64,000 bases of DNA from Patescibacteria group bacterium (GCA_041661425.1 JBAZUI010000001.1:8507-72506), one strand, 5' to 3'. Positions 48,747 to 58,767 are shown, numbered from the stretch's first letter. Made by a program: numbers and translations. The notes: a model not told the origin generated them from the letters alone.

Positions 48747-49728
48747 TTATCCACCACACGTCGGGGGAGTTGCGTGCTATCTTGGTTCACTCAAGTCGGT
48801 CATGAGTGACAAGATGGATGTTATTTTTTATGAGGAGGAGACGCCTGGACGTTTACAAATCATCAAAGCGATGCGCCGGGTCGCAAAAAAAGGAGGTGAG
48901 GTTCTCGTGAGCCATATTTATCCTTTTGGAACGCTCGCTTTTTTCGCTCACGTTCCGTACTCGTTAATTTTTCACGGCATGGATTTTGATTTGGCTCGCA
49001 GAAATTGGTGGCGCGGTCTGCTCTCGCGATTCATCATTCGTGGCGCAAAAAATGTTGTCGCAAATTCCTTGGCTCTTGCTCGTGAGATTGCCGATTTTGC
49101 ATCGATTCCGCTCCCGATTGTTGCATCCCCTTGTGTCTCTGATGAGATGATCCGTGCCTGTGCATCATTTCACCGGGTCAAAAAAACGTCTGGTCCGATC
49201 ATCCTTTTAACCGTTGGGCGACTTGTTGAGCGAAAAGGCCATGCGCGGGTGCTTGCCGCGATGCGAAATATTCCATCGCTTGAGTATCATATTGTCGGTG
49301 ATGGGCCGTTTCGAGAATCACTCGAGGCAATGGTGGAAGACTCTGGATTGAAGTCACGGGTTCAGTTTTTTTCTTCTATTTCTCATGAAGAACTTCCGCG
49401 CTATTATCAAAACGCCGACATTTTTGTGATGCCAACAATTTCTTCGCCTGTTGATCGTGAGGGATTCGGAATTGTTTATCTTGAAGCCGGGCTTTTTGAA
49501 CTTCCCGTGATCGCCAGCGATCTCCCCGGAGTTGATGAGGCAGTGCTTGACCAGGTGACTGGCTGTCTTGTAAAGTCAGATGATGAGCTTTCACGTGTTT
49601 TGTCGGAGTTGGCAGGCGATTCAAGCCTTCGAGAGAAGCTTGGTCAAGCGGGAAAAGAACGTGCCAGATGCGAATTTTCAAAAGAGAAAACTTTTGCTCC
49701 CCTGATAAATCTATGGTTCACGGATTAG
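48718..49728 (+). CDS. glycosyltransferase family 4
   Basis: DYPP.VGGV, VGRLVERKG, EGFGIVYLEA. Confidence 0.93.
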   Translation: MSKITLFTNDYPPHVGGVACYLGSLKSVMSDKMDVIFYEEETPGRLQIIKAMRRVAKKGGEVLVSHIYPFGTLAFFAHVPYSLIFHGMDFDLARRNWWRGLLSRFIIRGAKNVVANSLALAREIADFASIPLPIVASPCVSDEMIRACASFHRVKKTSGPIILLTVGRLVERKGHARVLAAMRNIPSLEYHIVGDGPFRESLEAMVEDSGLKSRVQFFSSISHEELPRYYQNADIFVMPTISSPVDREGFGIVYLEAGLFELPVIASDLPGVDEAVLDQVTGCLVKSDDELSRVLSELAGDSSLREKLGQAGKERARCEFSKEKTFAPLINLWFTD

Positions 49729-50423
49729 TTTCCATTATTATCCCAACCTATCAGCATGCCGACGCAATCCCGGCCTGTTTGAATTCGATTTTCAATCAAA
49801 CATATTCTTGCATTGAGATCATTATTGTTGACGATGGATCAACGGATCGAACACAAGAAGTGCTCGTTGATTATCGCAATCATGCGACCGTGATTCGTCA
49901 GGAAAATCAAGGGTCAAATCCAGCAAGAAATCGCGGATGGCGCGAAGCCGAAGGGGAGTATCTCATTTTTGTCGATGCCGATATCGTCATGAAGCCAAAT
50001 CTCATTGAACAATTGCTTCAAGCTCTCGAGACCCATGCGGATTGTTCATTTGCCTATTGTGCCTTTCGGTTTGGTTGGAAGAAGTTTCGAGGAGTCGCCT
50101 TTGATGCCTTGCGGTTGCGAAAAAGAAATTATATTCATACGACATCGCTCGTTCGTGCGGCGGATTTTCCCGGGTTTGATCCGGCCATCCGTCGTCTCCA
50201 AGATTGGGATGTCTGGCTCACCATGGTCGAGAAAGGGAAAAAGGGGGTCCTCGTTCCCGCTACGTTATTCACCGCGCGAATATTTGGTGCCTCTCGTATT
50301 GGATCTTCTTGGGTTCCTTCCTTCTTTTTCTCTATTCCTTGGAAGCGAATTGGGTGGACGCCACGCCTTGTTACTCGATACGAGGAAGCGCGCAAGGTCA
50401 TTGCCGCAAAGCATCATCTATGA
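49713..50423 (+). CDS. glycosyltransferase family 2
   Basis: SIIIPTY, VDDGSTD, ARNRG, FVDAD, QDWD. Confidence 0.93.
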   Translation: MVHGLVSIIIPTYQHADAIPACLNSIFNQTYSCIEIIIVDDGSTDRTQEVLVDYRNHATVIRQENQGSNPARNRGWREAEGEYLIFVDADIVMKPNLIEQLLQALETHADCSFAYCAFRFGWKKFRGVAFDALRLRKRNYIHTTSLVRAADFPGFDPAIRRLQDWDVWLTMVEKGKKGVLVPATLFTARIFGASRIGSSWVPSFFFSIPWKRIGWTPRLVTRYEEARKVIAAKHHL

Positions 50424-51268
50424 AAGATCTCTCGATTATTGTCGTCACATTTAATGAAGACATCGAGATTCTGCGGGATTGTTTTACTTCGGTTACGGCG
50501 TCCGCGGGACTCAGCTGGGAGCTCTTAGTTGTTGATAATGCTTCACGGCCTGCAACAAAAAACCTCGCCGAATCCATTCCACAGACGCGTTACATTCCCA
50601 ATCCCACGAACCGTGGATTTGCCGCGGCCGTCAATCAAGGCTTAAAACTGTCCAATGGACGCTATCTACTTCTTTTAAATCCGGATACCCGATTTTCAAA
50701 TGAGACGCTCGCGACCATGGTGAAGCGGCTCGATGAGAACAATGAGGTCGGGATTGCCAGTGGTTTGATTCGTTATCCCGACGGTTCTCTTCAGGAGAGT
50801 ATTCGTCGATTTCCAACCGTCCTCGATCAATTGCTAATTCTCCTGAAGGTTCCGCATCTGTGCACAACAGCGACGGTTGATCGCTATATGATGCGTGAAG
50901 CGAATCCAATGCAGACGCAGGATGTTGATTCGATTATGGGCGCCTTCATGTTTTTGCGTCGCGCCTGTTTGGAAGACGTCGGTTTGTTTGATGAACAATA
51001 TTTTATTTGGTTCGAGGAGGTTGATTATTGTAAGATGGCCGTGCATCACGGTTGGAAAATTCGTCATTTCGGAGATATTGAGGTGACTCATCATAAAGGG
51101 CATGCCTTTGGGAAAATTGAAACTTTGAAAAAGCAACGATGGATTCGTGAGAGCTTGCGCAAGTATCTTTTGAAGCATCATGGTCGTGGTGTTTGGCTTG
51201 TGTTCTGGATTCTCACGCCAATTTTTCTTGTTCTTGCCTTGATCACCGCGCTCATCAAACGTCAATAA
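50420..51268 (+). CDS. glycosyltransferase family 2 (rhamnosyltransferase-like)
   Basis: VDNAS, NRGFAAA.NQG, LLNPD, GLFDE.YF...EE.D. Confidence 0.92.
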   Translation: MKDLSIIVVTFNEDIEILRDCFTSVTASAGLSWELLVVDNASRPATKNLAESIPQTRYIPNPTNRGFAAAVNQGLKLSNGRYLLLLNPDTRFSNETLATMVKRLDENNEVGIASGLIRYPDGSLQESIRRFPTVLDQLLILLKVPHLCTTATVDRYMMREANPMQTQDVDSIMGAFMFLRRACLEDVGLFDEQYFIWFEEVDYCKMAVHHGWKIRHFGDIEVTHHKGHAFGKIETLKKQRWIRESLRKYLLKHHGRGVWLVFWILTPIFLVLALITALIKRQ

Positions 51269-51269
51269 T

Positions 51270-52874
51270 ATGATGTTGAAACAATGGTTTTCACAACGAA
51301 CGCTTGTTCTCCTCCTTCTCGCGGTGGCCGTGCATCTTGGCGCATGGTTTTTTCGAGACACGATTTTTAGCCTTCCGTGTCTTCTCGCAGTTGGCGTGAC
51401 CATGGGGGTTTTTTCCTATCAAAATCTTCGTGGCGGATTACTTCTCGCGTTCTTCGAGATTTTCATCGGCGGGCACGGCCATCTTCTCGATGCGGATTTT
51501 TTCGGTTTCGCGCTCTCACTCCGTATGGTGATCTTCGTCGGCGTTTTGACGGCTTGGGCGATTCTTTTTTTTCAAAAGAAGGTGTCGTTGCATTGGGTGC
51601 CACTTCGGGATCTTCCGTGGATTATTTTCATGCTTGCGATTGCGATTGGGGCTTTGATCGGATTTTCGCAAAATGATTTTTCAAATGCATTTGATGATCT
51701 TAATAGTTATGCGAGCATCGCCTTTCTCTTGCCGCTTCTTTCGCTTTCGTGGAATCAAGAAGATCGTCGAGCCATTCTTCAAACGCTCATGGCCGCCGGC
51801 ATGTGGATCGTGGGTTCAACGCTTCTTCTTTCCTTCCTCTTCACTCATCTTCCGGGAAAGGCGAGTCATGAAATTTATACGTTTGTGCGCGATAGTCGCC
51901 TGGCGGAAATCACCTTGCAAACCGTGTCAAATAGTCGTGGGGAAGTGGTCGAACCGTGGATGGCCGCGCTTTTTGGGGCCGATGGATATTGGTATCGGAT
52001 TTTTATGCCCTCGCAATTTTTTGTGATTGTTCTTCTTCTCCTTTTCGTTGCCGCCGCTCTTGCCCTTTATAAAAAAGAACGACTTTCCGAATGGATCACC
52101 ATCGGATTGATTGGCGGAAGCGCTGCTCTCTTTTTGAGCTATTCTCGAAGTTTTTTTCTGGGACTTTTTTGCGCTGGAATTTTCTTAATTGGCCTTATTT
52201 GGTATTTTGAGCGTCCCAATCTTGTGCATCTTCTCAAGCGGTTGAGTTGGATTGGTATTTGCGGCGCGTTTGGTTTTGGCTTGGCCTGGATGAGTATTGC
52301 TGTTCCCATTCCCGCGCAACCGGATCTGACAGAGGCGACCTTTTACGAAACGAGTGCGGATACAAGTCGAAGCATGGCTGTTTCGAGTCGTTGGCAACTT
52401 CTTGGTCCGCTCATGGAAAGTATTTTTGCATCCCCGATTCTTGGATCAGGATTCGGAAAAGAAGTCACGTATATTTCCGATGATCCTCGCATTCGAGAAA
52501 TTGATCCCACAGGGGCGTATACCACGTATCGGTTTGAGTGGGGCTACCAGGACTTGTGGCTCAAAATGGGCTTGCTGGGGCTTGTGGCACTTGTGATTTA
52601 TACGGCCTCAATTGCGCTGGGGGTACTATTTACCTTGCACACCCATGGGTATAAATGGATTCTTCTTGGATGGCTTTCGGGTATTGCGGCGCTATTTGTC
52701 ATTCATATTTTTTCTCCGTATCTCAATCATCCAATTGGCATCACGACCCTCATGGTGATTCTTCCGTTTCTTGATTATCAAGGTCTTCTTGCGTCACGAG
52801 AAGATTACCGTGAACGTAAAAATATCAAAACCGTCGCCATGGCACAGCCAATAGCGAGCCGTCACGAAAGCTAA
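51270..52874 (+). CDS. O-antigen ligase/polymerase family membrane protein
   Basis: many TM segments, SYSRS, R......PILGSGFG, extracytoplasmic loop. Confidence 0.82.
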   Translation: MMLKQWFSQRTLVLLLLAVAVHLGAWFFRDTIFSLPCLLAVGVTMGVFSYQNLRGGLLLAFFEIFIGGHGHLLDADFFGFALSLRMVIFVGVLTAWAILFFQKKVSLHWVPLRDLPWIIFMLAIAIGALIGFSQNDFSNAFDDLNSYASIAFLLPLLSLSWNQEDRRAILQTLMAAGMWIVGSTLLLSFLFTHLPGKASHEIYTFVRDSRLAEITLQTVSNSRGEVVEPWMAALFGADGYWYRIFMPSQFFVIVLLLLFVAAALALYKKERLSEWITIGLIGGSAALFLSYSRSFFLGLFCAGIFLIGLIWYFERPNLVHLLKRLSWIGICGAFGFGLAWMSIAVPIPAQPDLTEATFYETSADTSRSMAVSSRWQLLGPLMESIFASPILGSGFGKEVTYISDDPRIREIDPTGAYTTYRFEWGYQDLWLKMGLLGLVALVIYTASIALGVLFTLHTHGYKWILLGWLSGIAALFVIHIFSPYLNHPIGITTLMVILPFLDYQGLLASREDYRERKNIKTVAMAQPIASRHES

Positions 52875-53803
52875 AGTGTTGTTTCTAGAAAATCCGGATA
52901 CCCATTGAGAAAATCCTTGGCTGACATTTTTGATTTACTCTCGGGTTGAACGGAGAGAATCTCGAGTGCGGTTGTTGATGAGCCAATATAAAGTTTTCCT
53001 TCGATTGATCTCACGGATCCGGCCGGAATGCTGAGCTCACTTGGTCGAAGCTCGTGAATTTTAAGAGAAAGAGGTTTTCCAAATCGATTCCACAGACATG
53101 AGACTCCCGGCCAAGGGTAGAATGCGCGATACATCCGATCGATTTCTTCGCTACTTTTTTTCCAATCAATGATTCCATCTTCTCGGGTGAGCATGGAACA
53201 AATAATCGCCTCGGCGTGATTCTGTTCGCGCGGGGTGAGTGTTCCATTCTCGAGTGCATGAATGGTGGCTACGAGGAGTTTTGGACCGGCATGAAATATT
53301 TTTCCTTCCAGGGTTTGCATGGTCTCTCGTGAATCGAGTGGAAAAGCGAACTGCGCAAGAATCGGACCATGATCCATTTCGCGATCGAGTTTGATGATGG
53401 TTACTCCGCTTTCCATATCGCCGTGAAGAATGGCACTCTGCCGAGGGGAAGGACCACGATATTTTGGTAAAAGTGATGGATGGACGTTCACGGCGCCGAA
53501 TTTTGGAAGATCAAGAAGGGAAATCGGAATGATTTTTCCATAGGCAACCACCACGAAAAGATCTGCATGAAGATTTGTGATTGTTTCGAGCGCCTCTTTC
53601 GATTTGATGCGCTCAAACTCAAAAACCGGAAGACCGTGTTCTTTTGCAATGACTTTTACGGCTGAGGGGACAAGCTCCTTTTTTCGGCCCACGGGCTTGG
53701 ACGGTTGAGTGACAACTCCCACGATTTCAATAGCCTTATCGTCAATAAGCGCCTCAAGAAAAGGGACGGAGAAGGAAGGAGTACCAAAAAATACAATGCG
53801 CAT
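52871..53803 (-). CDS. fmt: methionyl-tRNA formyltransferase
   Basis: FFGTP.F, VVAYG, NVHPSLLPKYRG.SP, MD.GP. Confidence 0.97.
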   Translation of the reverse strand: MRIVFFGTPSFSVPFLEALIDDKAIEIVGVVTQPSKPVGRKKELVPSAVKVIAKEHGLPVFEFERIKSKEALETITNLHADLFVVVAYGKIIPISLLDLPKFGAVNVHPSLLPKYRGPSPRQSAILHGDMESGVTIIKLDREMDHGPILAQFAFPLDSRETMQTLEGKIFHAGPKLLVATIHALENGTLTPREQNHAEAIICSMLTREDGIIDWKKSSEEIDRMYRAFYPWPGVSCLWNRFGKPLSLKIHELRPSELSIPAGSVRSIEGKLYIGSSTTALEILSVQPESKSKMSAKDFLNGYPDFLETTL

Positions 53804-53806
53804 GCC

Positions 53807-54271
53807 TTATGTTTTATCGTGAATAGAAAGAGCTTTATCGATAAACAGAATCCCATCCAGATGATCAATCTCATGTTGAAAAACAATCGCCGACAGTCCG
53901 GTGGCTTTCACGGTTATGGGCTGGCCCTGATCGTTGAGGGCGCTCACGGTGACGCGCGTGTAGCGTTTGACGATTCCGACTTTTCCCGGGACGGAAAGAC
54001 AACCTTCTTCGCCTGCGACCTTACGCAAACCATGATGAATGATTTTTGGATTGAGAAAAGCATTGAATCCCTCTTTTGACGCAATGACGATCACGCGAAT
54101 AGATTCCCCGATTTGCGGAGCGGCCAAACCAACCCCATCTTCCTTGAGCATGGTTTCTCCCATATCGCGCACCAGTTCAGAAAAATTCGTGCGTGAAAAA
54201 TCTTCGGGTATCACGTCACGCGCGACTTCACGAAGCAGGGGATTGGGATGATGGAGAACCGGGCGAATCAT
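53807..54271 (-). CDS. def: peptide deformylase
   Basis: GVGLAAPQIG, EGCLS, QHEIDHLDG. Confidence 0.98.
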   Translation of the reverse strand: MIRPVLHHPNPLLREVARDVIPEDFSRTNFSELVRDMGETMLKEDGVGLAAPQIGESIRVIVIASKEGFNAFLNPKIIHHGLRKVAGEEGCLSVPGKVGIVKRYTRVTVSALNDQGQPITVKATGLSAIVFQHEIDHLDGILFIDKALSIHDKT

Positions 54272-55997
54272 AGGTTGGATATAATATCTCTATTGTACCT
54301 CGTTCTGGAAGTTGGTCGAGGGTTTCTGAAAGATGAGTGAATTGCTCTTGAGTGAAAAAACCCTTTGCGAGATGTTGTTCTTCTCGGAAGTAGCGTGAGT
54401 TTTGACCAAGTGCCGGCAGAAGCGTTGGCGCCAGGCGAACCTCGATGGTGCTTGGTGGAAGCCCGTACTGAGCACGGGTGTTTTTGATTTCTTCGATAAC
54501 CGTTTGAGTCTTCACGAGCGATTTAACCGCGTCACTCATCCAGGTTTGAATGAAGAGTGGCGTTTTTTGATAACCCGCAAAGTGCATGAGCCGATGGAGT
54601 CTTGCGGCCGCGAGCTCACGACTTCGATAATCAGGCTGATTGAGGTGATAATCAAATGTGAGATCAGCGATGAGTCCCCAAGAACGATCAAATGGAAGGG
54701 CGAAGGAATCAAAGTGATAATCAGTCACGAGAAGAATGCTTGCCCCGGGCTCTTGAATATCTTTATCGATGATCCCGATTTTTATTTCGGGAAACGCTTT
54801 TTCAAGACGTCGCTTCATGACTTTGTTCCCAATTCCTTTCTCGAAAAAGAGAGATTTGCCACAAAACGGACAGCTCGTTGGGAGCGAAAAGCTCTTGAGA
54901 CATTGCGGACATCGCATTCCAGAATCCGTGCATTCCGGAGTGGCTTCGCAGATCGGGCAACTGGGAATCGCCTTACAATGCTCACATTGCAGATATTTGG
55001 CATTTCCTTTGCGATTGAACGAAAGTAACACGGTTTTTTGCCCTTGTAAAGCCTCTTTAATGGCGTTGTAGAGCGTTTCAGAGAGCCCGGGGGTATTTCC
55101 ATGCTCATCCTGATGTTTGAGGTCAATAATCGTTGGTTTTTGAGGGGGATCTTCAAGAAACGAATGAAACTCTCTTCCGATTCGTGGAAAAGCGCCGGAA
55201 GCGTGACATTCCGCTTTCCAAGCCTTTGCGAGCATCTCTCCTGCCAAACGCACATCGAATCGTGGATTGCGATCAATGAGATCATATTCTCGGCTTGAGA
55301 GATCGTGGATGTGAACGATGGAAAGATCGTGGGCCGGCAAAAGCGAGGCTTGTCGATTTCCAATAAGGGTTCGAATATCTCCATGACGCCATCCGGCAAT
55401 GATGGATTCGCGGTGTGTTCCTTTTGTGTGTCCGGTGAGCACCGCAACTCCAGGACCGAGTGGAATTCGTTCCGCCAGCATTTCAGCGGTTCGCTCTCGG
55501 GGAACAAGAACGAGAAGTTGTCCTTTTGTTTTTTTTCGGAGAAGCCCGGAAAAAATCATTTCACCCTCCTGCGATGTCTCAAAAAAAGAGCCTGTGGTGG
55601 CGGCGGCCGATTGAGCAAGGCGAACGCTTTCACGCGAAAAAAGTGAAGAGATTCTTTTTTTCTGGATAAACGGGCTTGCCTTCTTTGCGCGAGCCGCATA
55701 TCCCATACAGGCGGTATAGAGAATGGTTGAAGGAGATTGGAAAATGAGTTGTGCTAACTTTTCGTAACGTATCAAATCAGCGTTCGAGAGAAAATTTGAT
55801 TCAATAAGCTCCTCGAGTGGAATCAAACGGTGTGTTGATGTCGAGACCAAACTTCGGACAATTCCCAAAGAACGATGCCCGCGAAAGCTCACCCGCACCA
55901 AATCACCGATGCCGATCTGCAGGCCTTCGGGAATTGCATAATCAAAAAAATCGAACCTCCTTGGAAGCCGGCGAATGAGGTAAACCTCGGCGACCAT
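54228..55997 (-). CDS. priA: primosomal protein N' PriA-like (helicase motifs degenerate)
   Basis: N-terminal FDY...G..V.V.F 3'-binding domain, NRKG, four CxxC, G.G, QT, R....LPP; priA-def-fmt synteny. Confidence 0.82.
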   Translation of the reverse strand: MVAEVYLIRRLPRRFDFFDYAIPEGLQIGIGDLVRVSFRGHRSLGIVRSLVSTSTHRLIPLEELIESNFLSNADLIRYEKLAQLIFQSPSTILYTACMGYAARAKKASPFIQKKRISSLFSRESVRLAQSAAATTGSFFETSQEGEMIFSGLLRKKTKGQLLVLVPRERTAEMLAERIPLGPGVAVLTGHTKGTHRESIIAGWRHGDIRTLIGNRQASLLPAHDLSIVHIHDLSSREYDLIDRNPRFDVRLAGEMLAKAWKAECHASGAFPRIGREFHSFLEDPPQKPTIIDLKHQDEHGNTPGLSETLYNAIKEALQGQKTVLLSFNRKGNAKYLQCEHCKAIPSCPICEATPECTDSGMRCPQCLKSFSLPTSCPFCGKSLFFEKGIGNKVMKRRLEKAFPEIKIGIIDKDIQEPGASILLVTDYHFDSFALPFDRSWGLIADLTFDYHLNQPDYRSRELAAARLHRLMHFAGYQKTPLFIQTWMSDAVKSLVKTQTVIEEIKNTRAQYGLPPSTIEVRLAPTLLPALGQNSRYFREEQHLAKGFFTQEQFTHLSETLDQLPERGTIEILYPTYDSPGSPSSQSPAS

Positions 55998-55998
55998 A

Positions 55999-56793
55999 TC
56001 AATTGATTTGGAAATTCACGACAAGATACCCGACTCCGAATGGAGCTTCGTAGGAAAGAATTCTTGGATGCCCACTCATGCGTTCGATGATGCCAAGAAG
56101 TAAGGCGAGCGGTTTTGAAATTTCTTCCTCGGCTTTTTCAAAAAGCGATGATTCCATTTGCAAAAGGCCGGCGGAATTTTTGGTGACAATGAGCTCCTGA
56201 ATTTTTTTATCAAACATGTCACCCTCAGGCGCGAATCCGGAAGGTGAGGTCGACGTGAGGGCATGCGAAAGATCTCCCGAGGCAATAACCGCGATTCGAT
56301 GATCGGAGTCGAGAATCAAATCCTTAAGCGTTGCGCCGAGTGCATAGTGATCCTTGAGGCTCAAATCTTTTGCATAGGACATGGGAAAGAGGTGAACATC
56401 GGAAAGATGTTCGGTGAGGAGAAGAAGCGGGACCGCGGCCGCATAATGAAGCGCTTCATCGCTCGTGAGCGTGAGAGGGATTTTTTGATAGCGAAGCGCT
56501 CGTTGAACGCGATCGATTAAAAGAAAATCAGGATGAAACGTTTGATGATGAGAGAGATCTCCAAATTCGCGAAGATCAAGCTTGAATGGGTCGCAGAGAT
56601 TGATGGAGAATGCATCTGCGTACATGGTTGGGTGTTTGGAAAAAAGAAGAATCGTCTCGGGTTTTGCGGCATAGAGTTCTTCCGCGAGTTCGGCCATGGC
56701 AATGCGCGTTTGCGAAACCGCGCCGATTTTTTCGGTGTTCACGGAAGGGAGAAGCAATGGGGAATGGGGGGTGAGCCCCGCAAAAACCAACAT
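55999..56793 (-). CDS. MEMO1/LigB-like (AmmeMemoRadiSam protein B) family protein
   Basis: PHSPLL, ASGDLSH, SYEAPFGVGY. Confidence 0.85.
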   Translation of the reverse strand: MLVFAGLTPHSPLLLPSVNTEKIGAVSQTRIAMAELAEELYAAKPETILLFSKHPTMYADAFSINLCDPFKLDLREFGDLSHHQTFHPDFLLIDRVQRALRYQKIPLTLTSDEALHYAAAVPLLLLTEHLSDVHLFPMSYAKDLSLKDHYALGATLKDLILDSDHRIAVIASGDLSHALTSTSPSGFAPEGDMFDKKIQELIVTKNSAGLLQMESSLFEKAEEEISKPLALLLGIIERMSGHPRILSYEAPFGVGYLVVNFQIN

Positions 56794-56794
56794 A

Positions 56795-58171
56795 TTATTC
56801 CATCACGTCCTTGAGGTCGAGTCCAATTGGAAGAAGCGCAAGAGTTTCTGGGGCAACATCGATGACATCGCCAAACGACCATCCATATGAATTGAAGACT
56901 TGCTCCGTGGTAATGGGTCGCAATTTTTCTTCCGAGACAATATAGACAACCGGGCTATCCGTTGCTTTCACAAGATACCCATCAGCGAAGAGAAGCGGTT
57001 CACCCTCTTTGTACTGCTCAACTACCGCTGGTTCAACACGCACGATCGTGGGGGACTGCCAGCGAGAATGAATGATCGCTTCATCGACAATCGCATGGCG
57101 GATTCCGTTCTCAACATAGAAGTAGGCTCCGTTTGTCGTGAGTTGCATGAGTGCTCCTTGTGGATAGGCGGTTGTGGCGGTGATATCCTCACCGATTTCG
57201 AAATTGCCAAGTTCATCGTTTGTGATTTGGATAATTTCGTCTTCGGAATAGCCGATTGATTGGAACGTCTCTTGGGAATCAATCTGGCGGAGCGTGTCAT
57301 CCACTAAAAGATAAATGTTGTCACCTTCATCTTTTAACAAAGAATAATTCGGGAAATCAATTGGTTTTCCATCGGGGTAACTCGCAAGAACCGTTCGTGA
57401 TACTTCAATCAAACGATCTTCGTCGAAACGTGACGTAAATGCGCTCCAACTGTGGATCGGGCGTTTGTAGCCATATTCAATAAGATAAATTCCGGATTCT
57501 CCAGCCACTTGTAAGAGCGAACCCGTCGGGTACTGCAAACTAAACCAACGATTCCAAATTTCGGCAAAGTTTTCATTGCCATGAAGATGCGGGGTATAAG
57601 CATAAAGGGAAGCGGTTGCGGCATTGGCCGGAGTCACGACCGTATCGTCAATGACAATCGAAATTCCCGGTCCGTATTTTCCATACGTCACCCCCATGCT
57701 CTCGATATCCTCAAGATAGCCATCGCGCACTTGCGCGGCTGCGGAATTGACTTGTTTTCCAAATCCCTGCCAGCGCATCACATACGGATCATTTTTTGAA
57801 CAATCATCGCACACGGCATAACCCGTTGCCCAATCAAGCTGATTTTGCGTTGGGTCATCATCCTCAACAAGACTTTGTTCTTTTTGCAAAAGCACAAGAA
57901 GAAATTTTTGACTGATTCCATACGCCTGGGCCGCGCGATCAATAATATCGGTTGCCGTCCGCATCACTCCGTCCGCATCTGTTGTCACATAACTCCCAAG
58001 ATATCCGCGATCGAGAAATGCTTGAATCTGATTACGATCAAGAGCAAAAGGATTCTCGAGCTCATCATCGGAAAGAATATAGTTTGGATCAAACTCGAAG
58101 GCAAATGCCGAGCAGGGGATTGCCGCAACAATTCCCAGCGCCAAAATAAGTGAAATCTTGTGGATATTCAT
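56795..58171 (-). CDS. secreted protein with repeated C-terminal surface domains
   Basis: signal peptide; LLVLLQKEQSL, ATGY.VCD.C, YAYTPH; repeated G.L......YL....KRPI.....F...G units. Confidence 0.8.
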   Translation of the reverse strand: MNIHKISLILALGIVAAIPCSAFAFEFDPNYILSDDELENPFALDRNQIQAFLDRGYLGSYVTTDADGVMRTATDIIDRAAQAYGISQKFLLVLLQKEQSLVEDDDPTQNQLDWATGYAVCDDCSKNDPYVMRWQGFGKQVNSAAAQVRDGYLEDIESMGVTYGKYGPGISIVIDDTVVTPANAATASLYAYTPHLHGNENFAEIWNRWFSLQYPTGSLLQVAGESGIYLIEYGYKRPIHSWSAFTSRFDEDRLIEVSRTVLASYPDGKPIDFPNYSLLKDEGDNIYLLVDDTLRQIDSQETFQSIGYSEDEIIQITNDELGNFEIGEDITATTAYPQGALMQLTTNGAYFYVENGIRHAIVDEAIIHSRWQSPTIVRVEPAVVEQYKEGEPLLFADGYLVKATDSPVVYIVSEEKLRPITTEQVFNSYGWSFGDVIDVAPETLALLPIGLDLKDVME

Positions 58172-58327
58172 ACGAGCAGATTATAGCATTTCCTATTCCT
58201 ATATATAAGAGGAGCTAGATTGAAAATCGCTTAAATAAGCAAAATAACCTTGACAAAAGGCCGATTTTATGGTATACTAATACTTGTATCAGGCAATCCC
58301 GCCTGAATCCCCGCCGGAGGACTTCCC

Positions 58328-58453
58328 ATGTCCACCCGCCCCAACAATGCCCCTTTTGGCCTTGCGAATGATATCGCGGGGCACCTCCTTTTTTCCGCCG
58401 CCGGCCTCACGCTGGCGGTCCTCATCCTTCTCTGCATGGGCACCCCTTACTAG
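58328..58453 (+). CDS. 41-aa small membrane protein (SD-led cassette gene, not in the ORF track)
   Basis: TTGACA(58250)-17-TATACT, GGAGG 58316-58320, MSTRPNNAPFGLANDIAGHLLFSAAGLTLAVLILLCMGTPY*, hairpin 58472-58498. Confidence 0.7.
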   Translation: MSTRPNNAPFGLANDIAGHLLFSAAGLTLAVLILLCMGTPY

Positions 58454-58498
58454 TCCATGCAGATCTCCTCGACCCGCAGGCCACTTGGTTCTGCGGGT

Positions 58499-58753
58499 TT
58501 AGCGTTTATAAGCTGAAAGAAAATTATAGAGCCAAGCAAACACCGCACAACCTGCTGCGGCATCCACAAATCCCCAGACCGCGCCGACAATGGCGCCAAC
58601 CGGCCCGGGCACATAGCCGATATAGACCGAGGACATGAGCTCGACCAAGGCCTCGCCATAATGGAGGTACATAGCCAAGAGGGCAAGAACAAAAGAAGCG
58701 AACGACCATAAAATGTCGCCGCTTAATGCGAACGCTTTTACATTGATTGTCAT
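58499..58753 (-). CDS. small membrane protein (family often labelled holin-like)
   Basis: NVKAFAL..G.LW, YIGY......AIVGAVWGFVD......FAWLYN. Confidence 0.75.
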   Translation of the reverse strand: MTINVKAFALSGDILWSFASFVLALLAMYLHYGEALVELMSSVYIGYVPGPVGAIVGAVWGFVDAAAGCAVFAWLYNFLSAYKR

Positions 58754-58767
58754 ATAGCTGAATTATA

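Noticed and set aside
58499-58753. Prophage suggested by the holin-like gene
   Set aside because: No endolysin, structural or integrase genes; it directly follows murE
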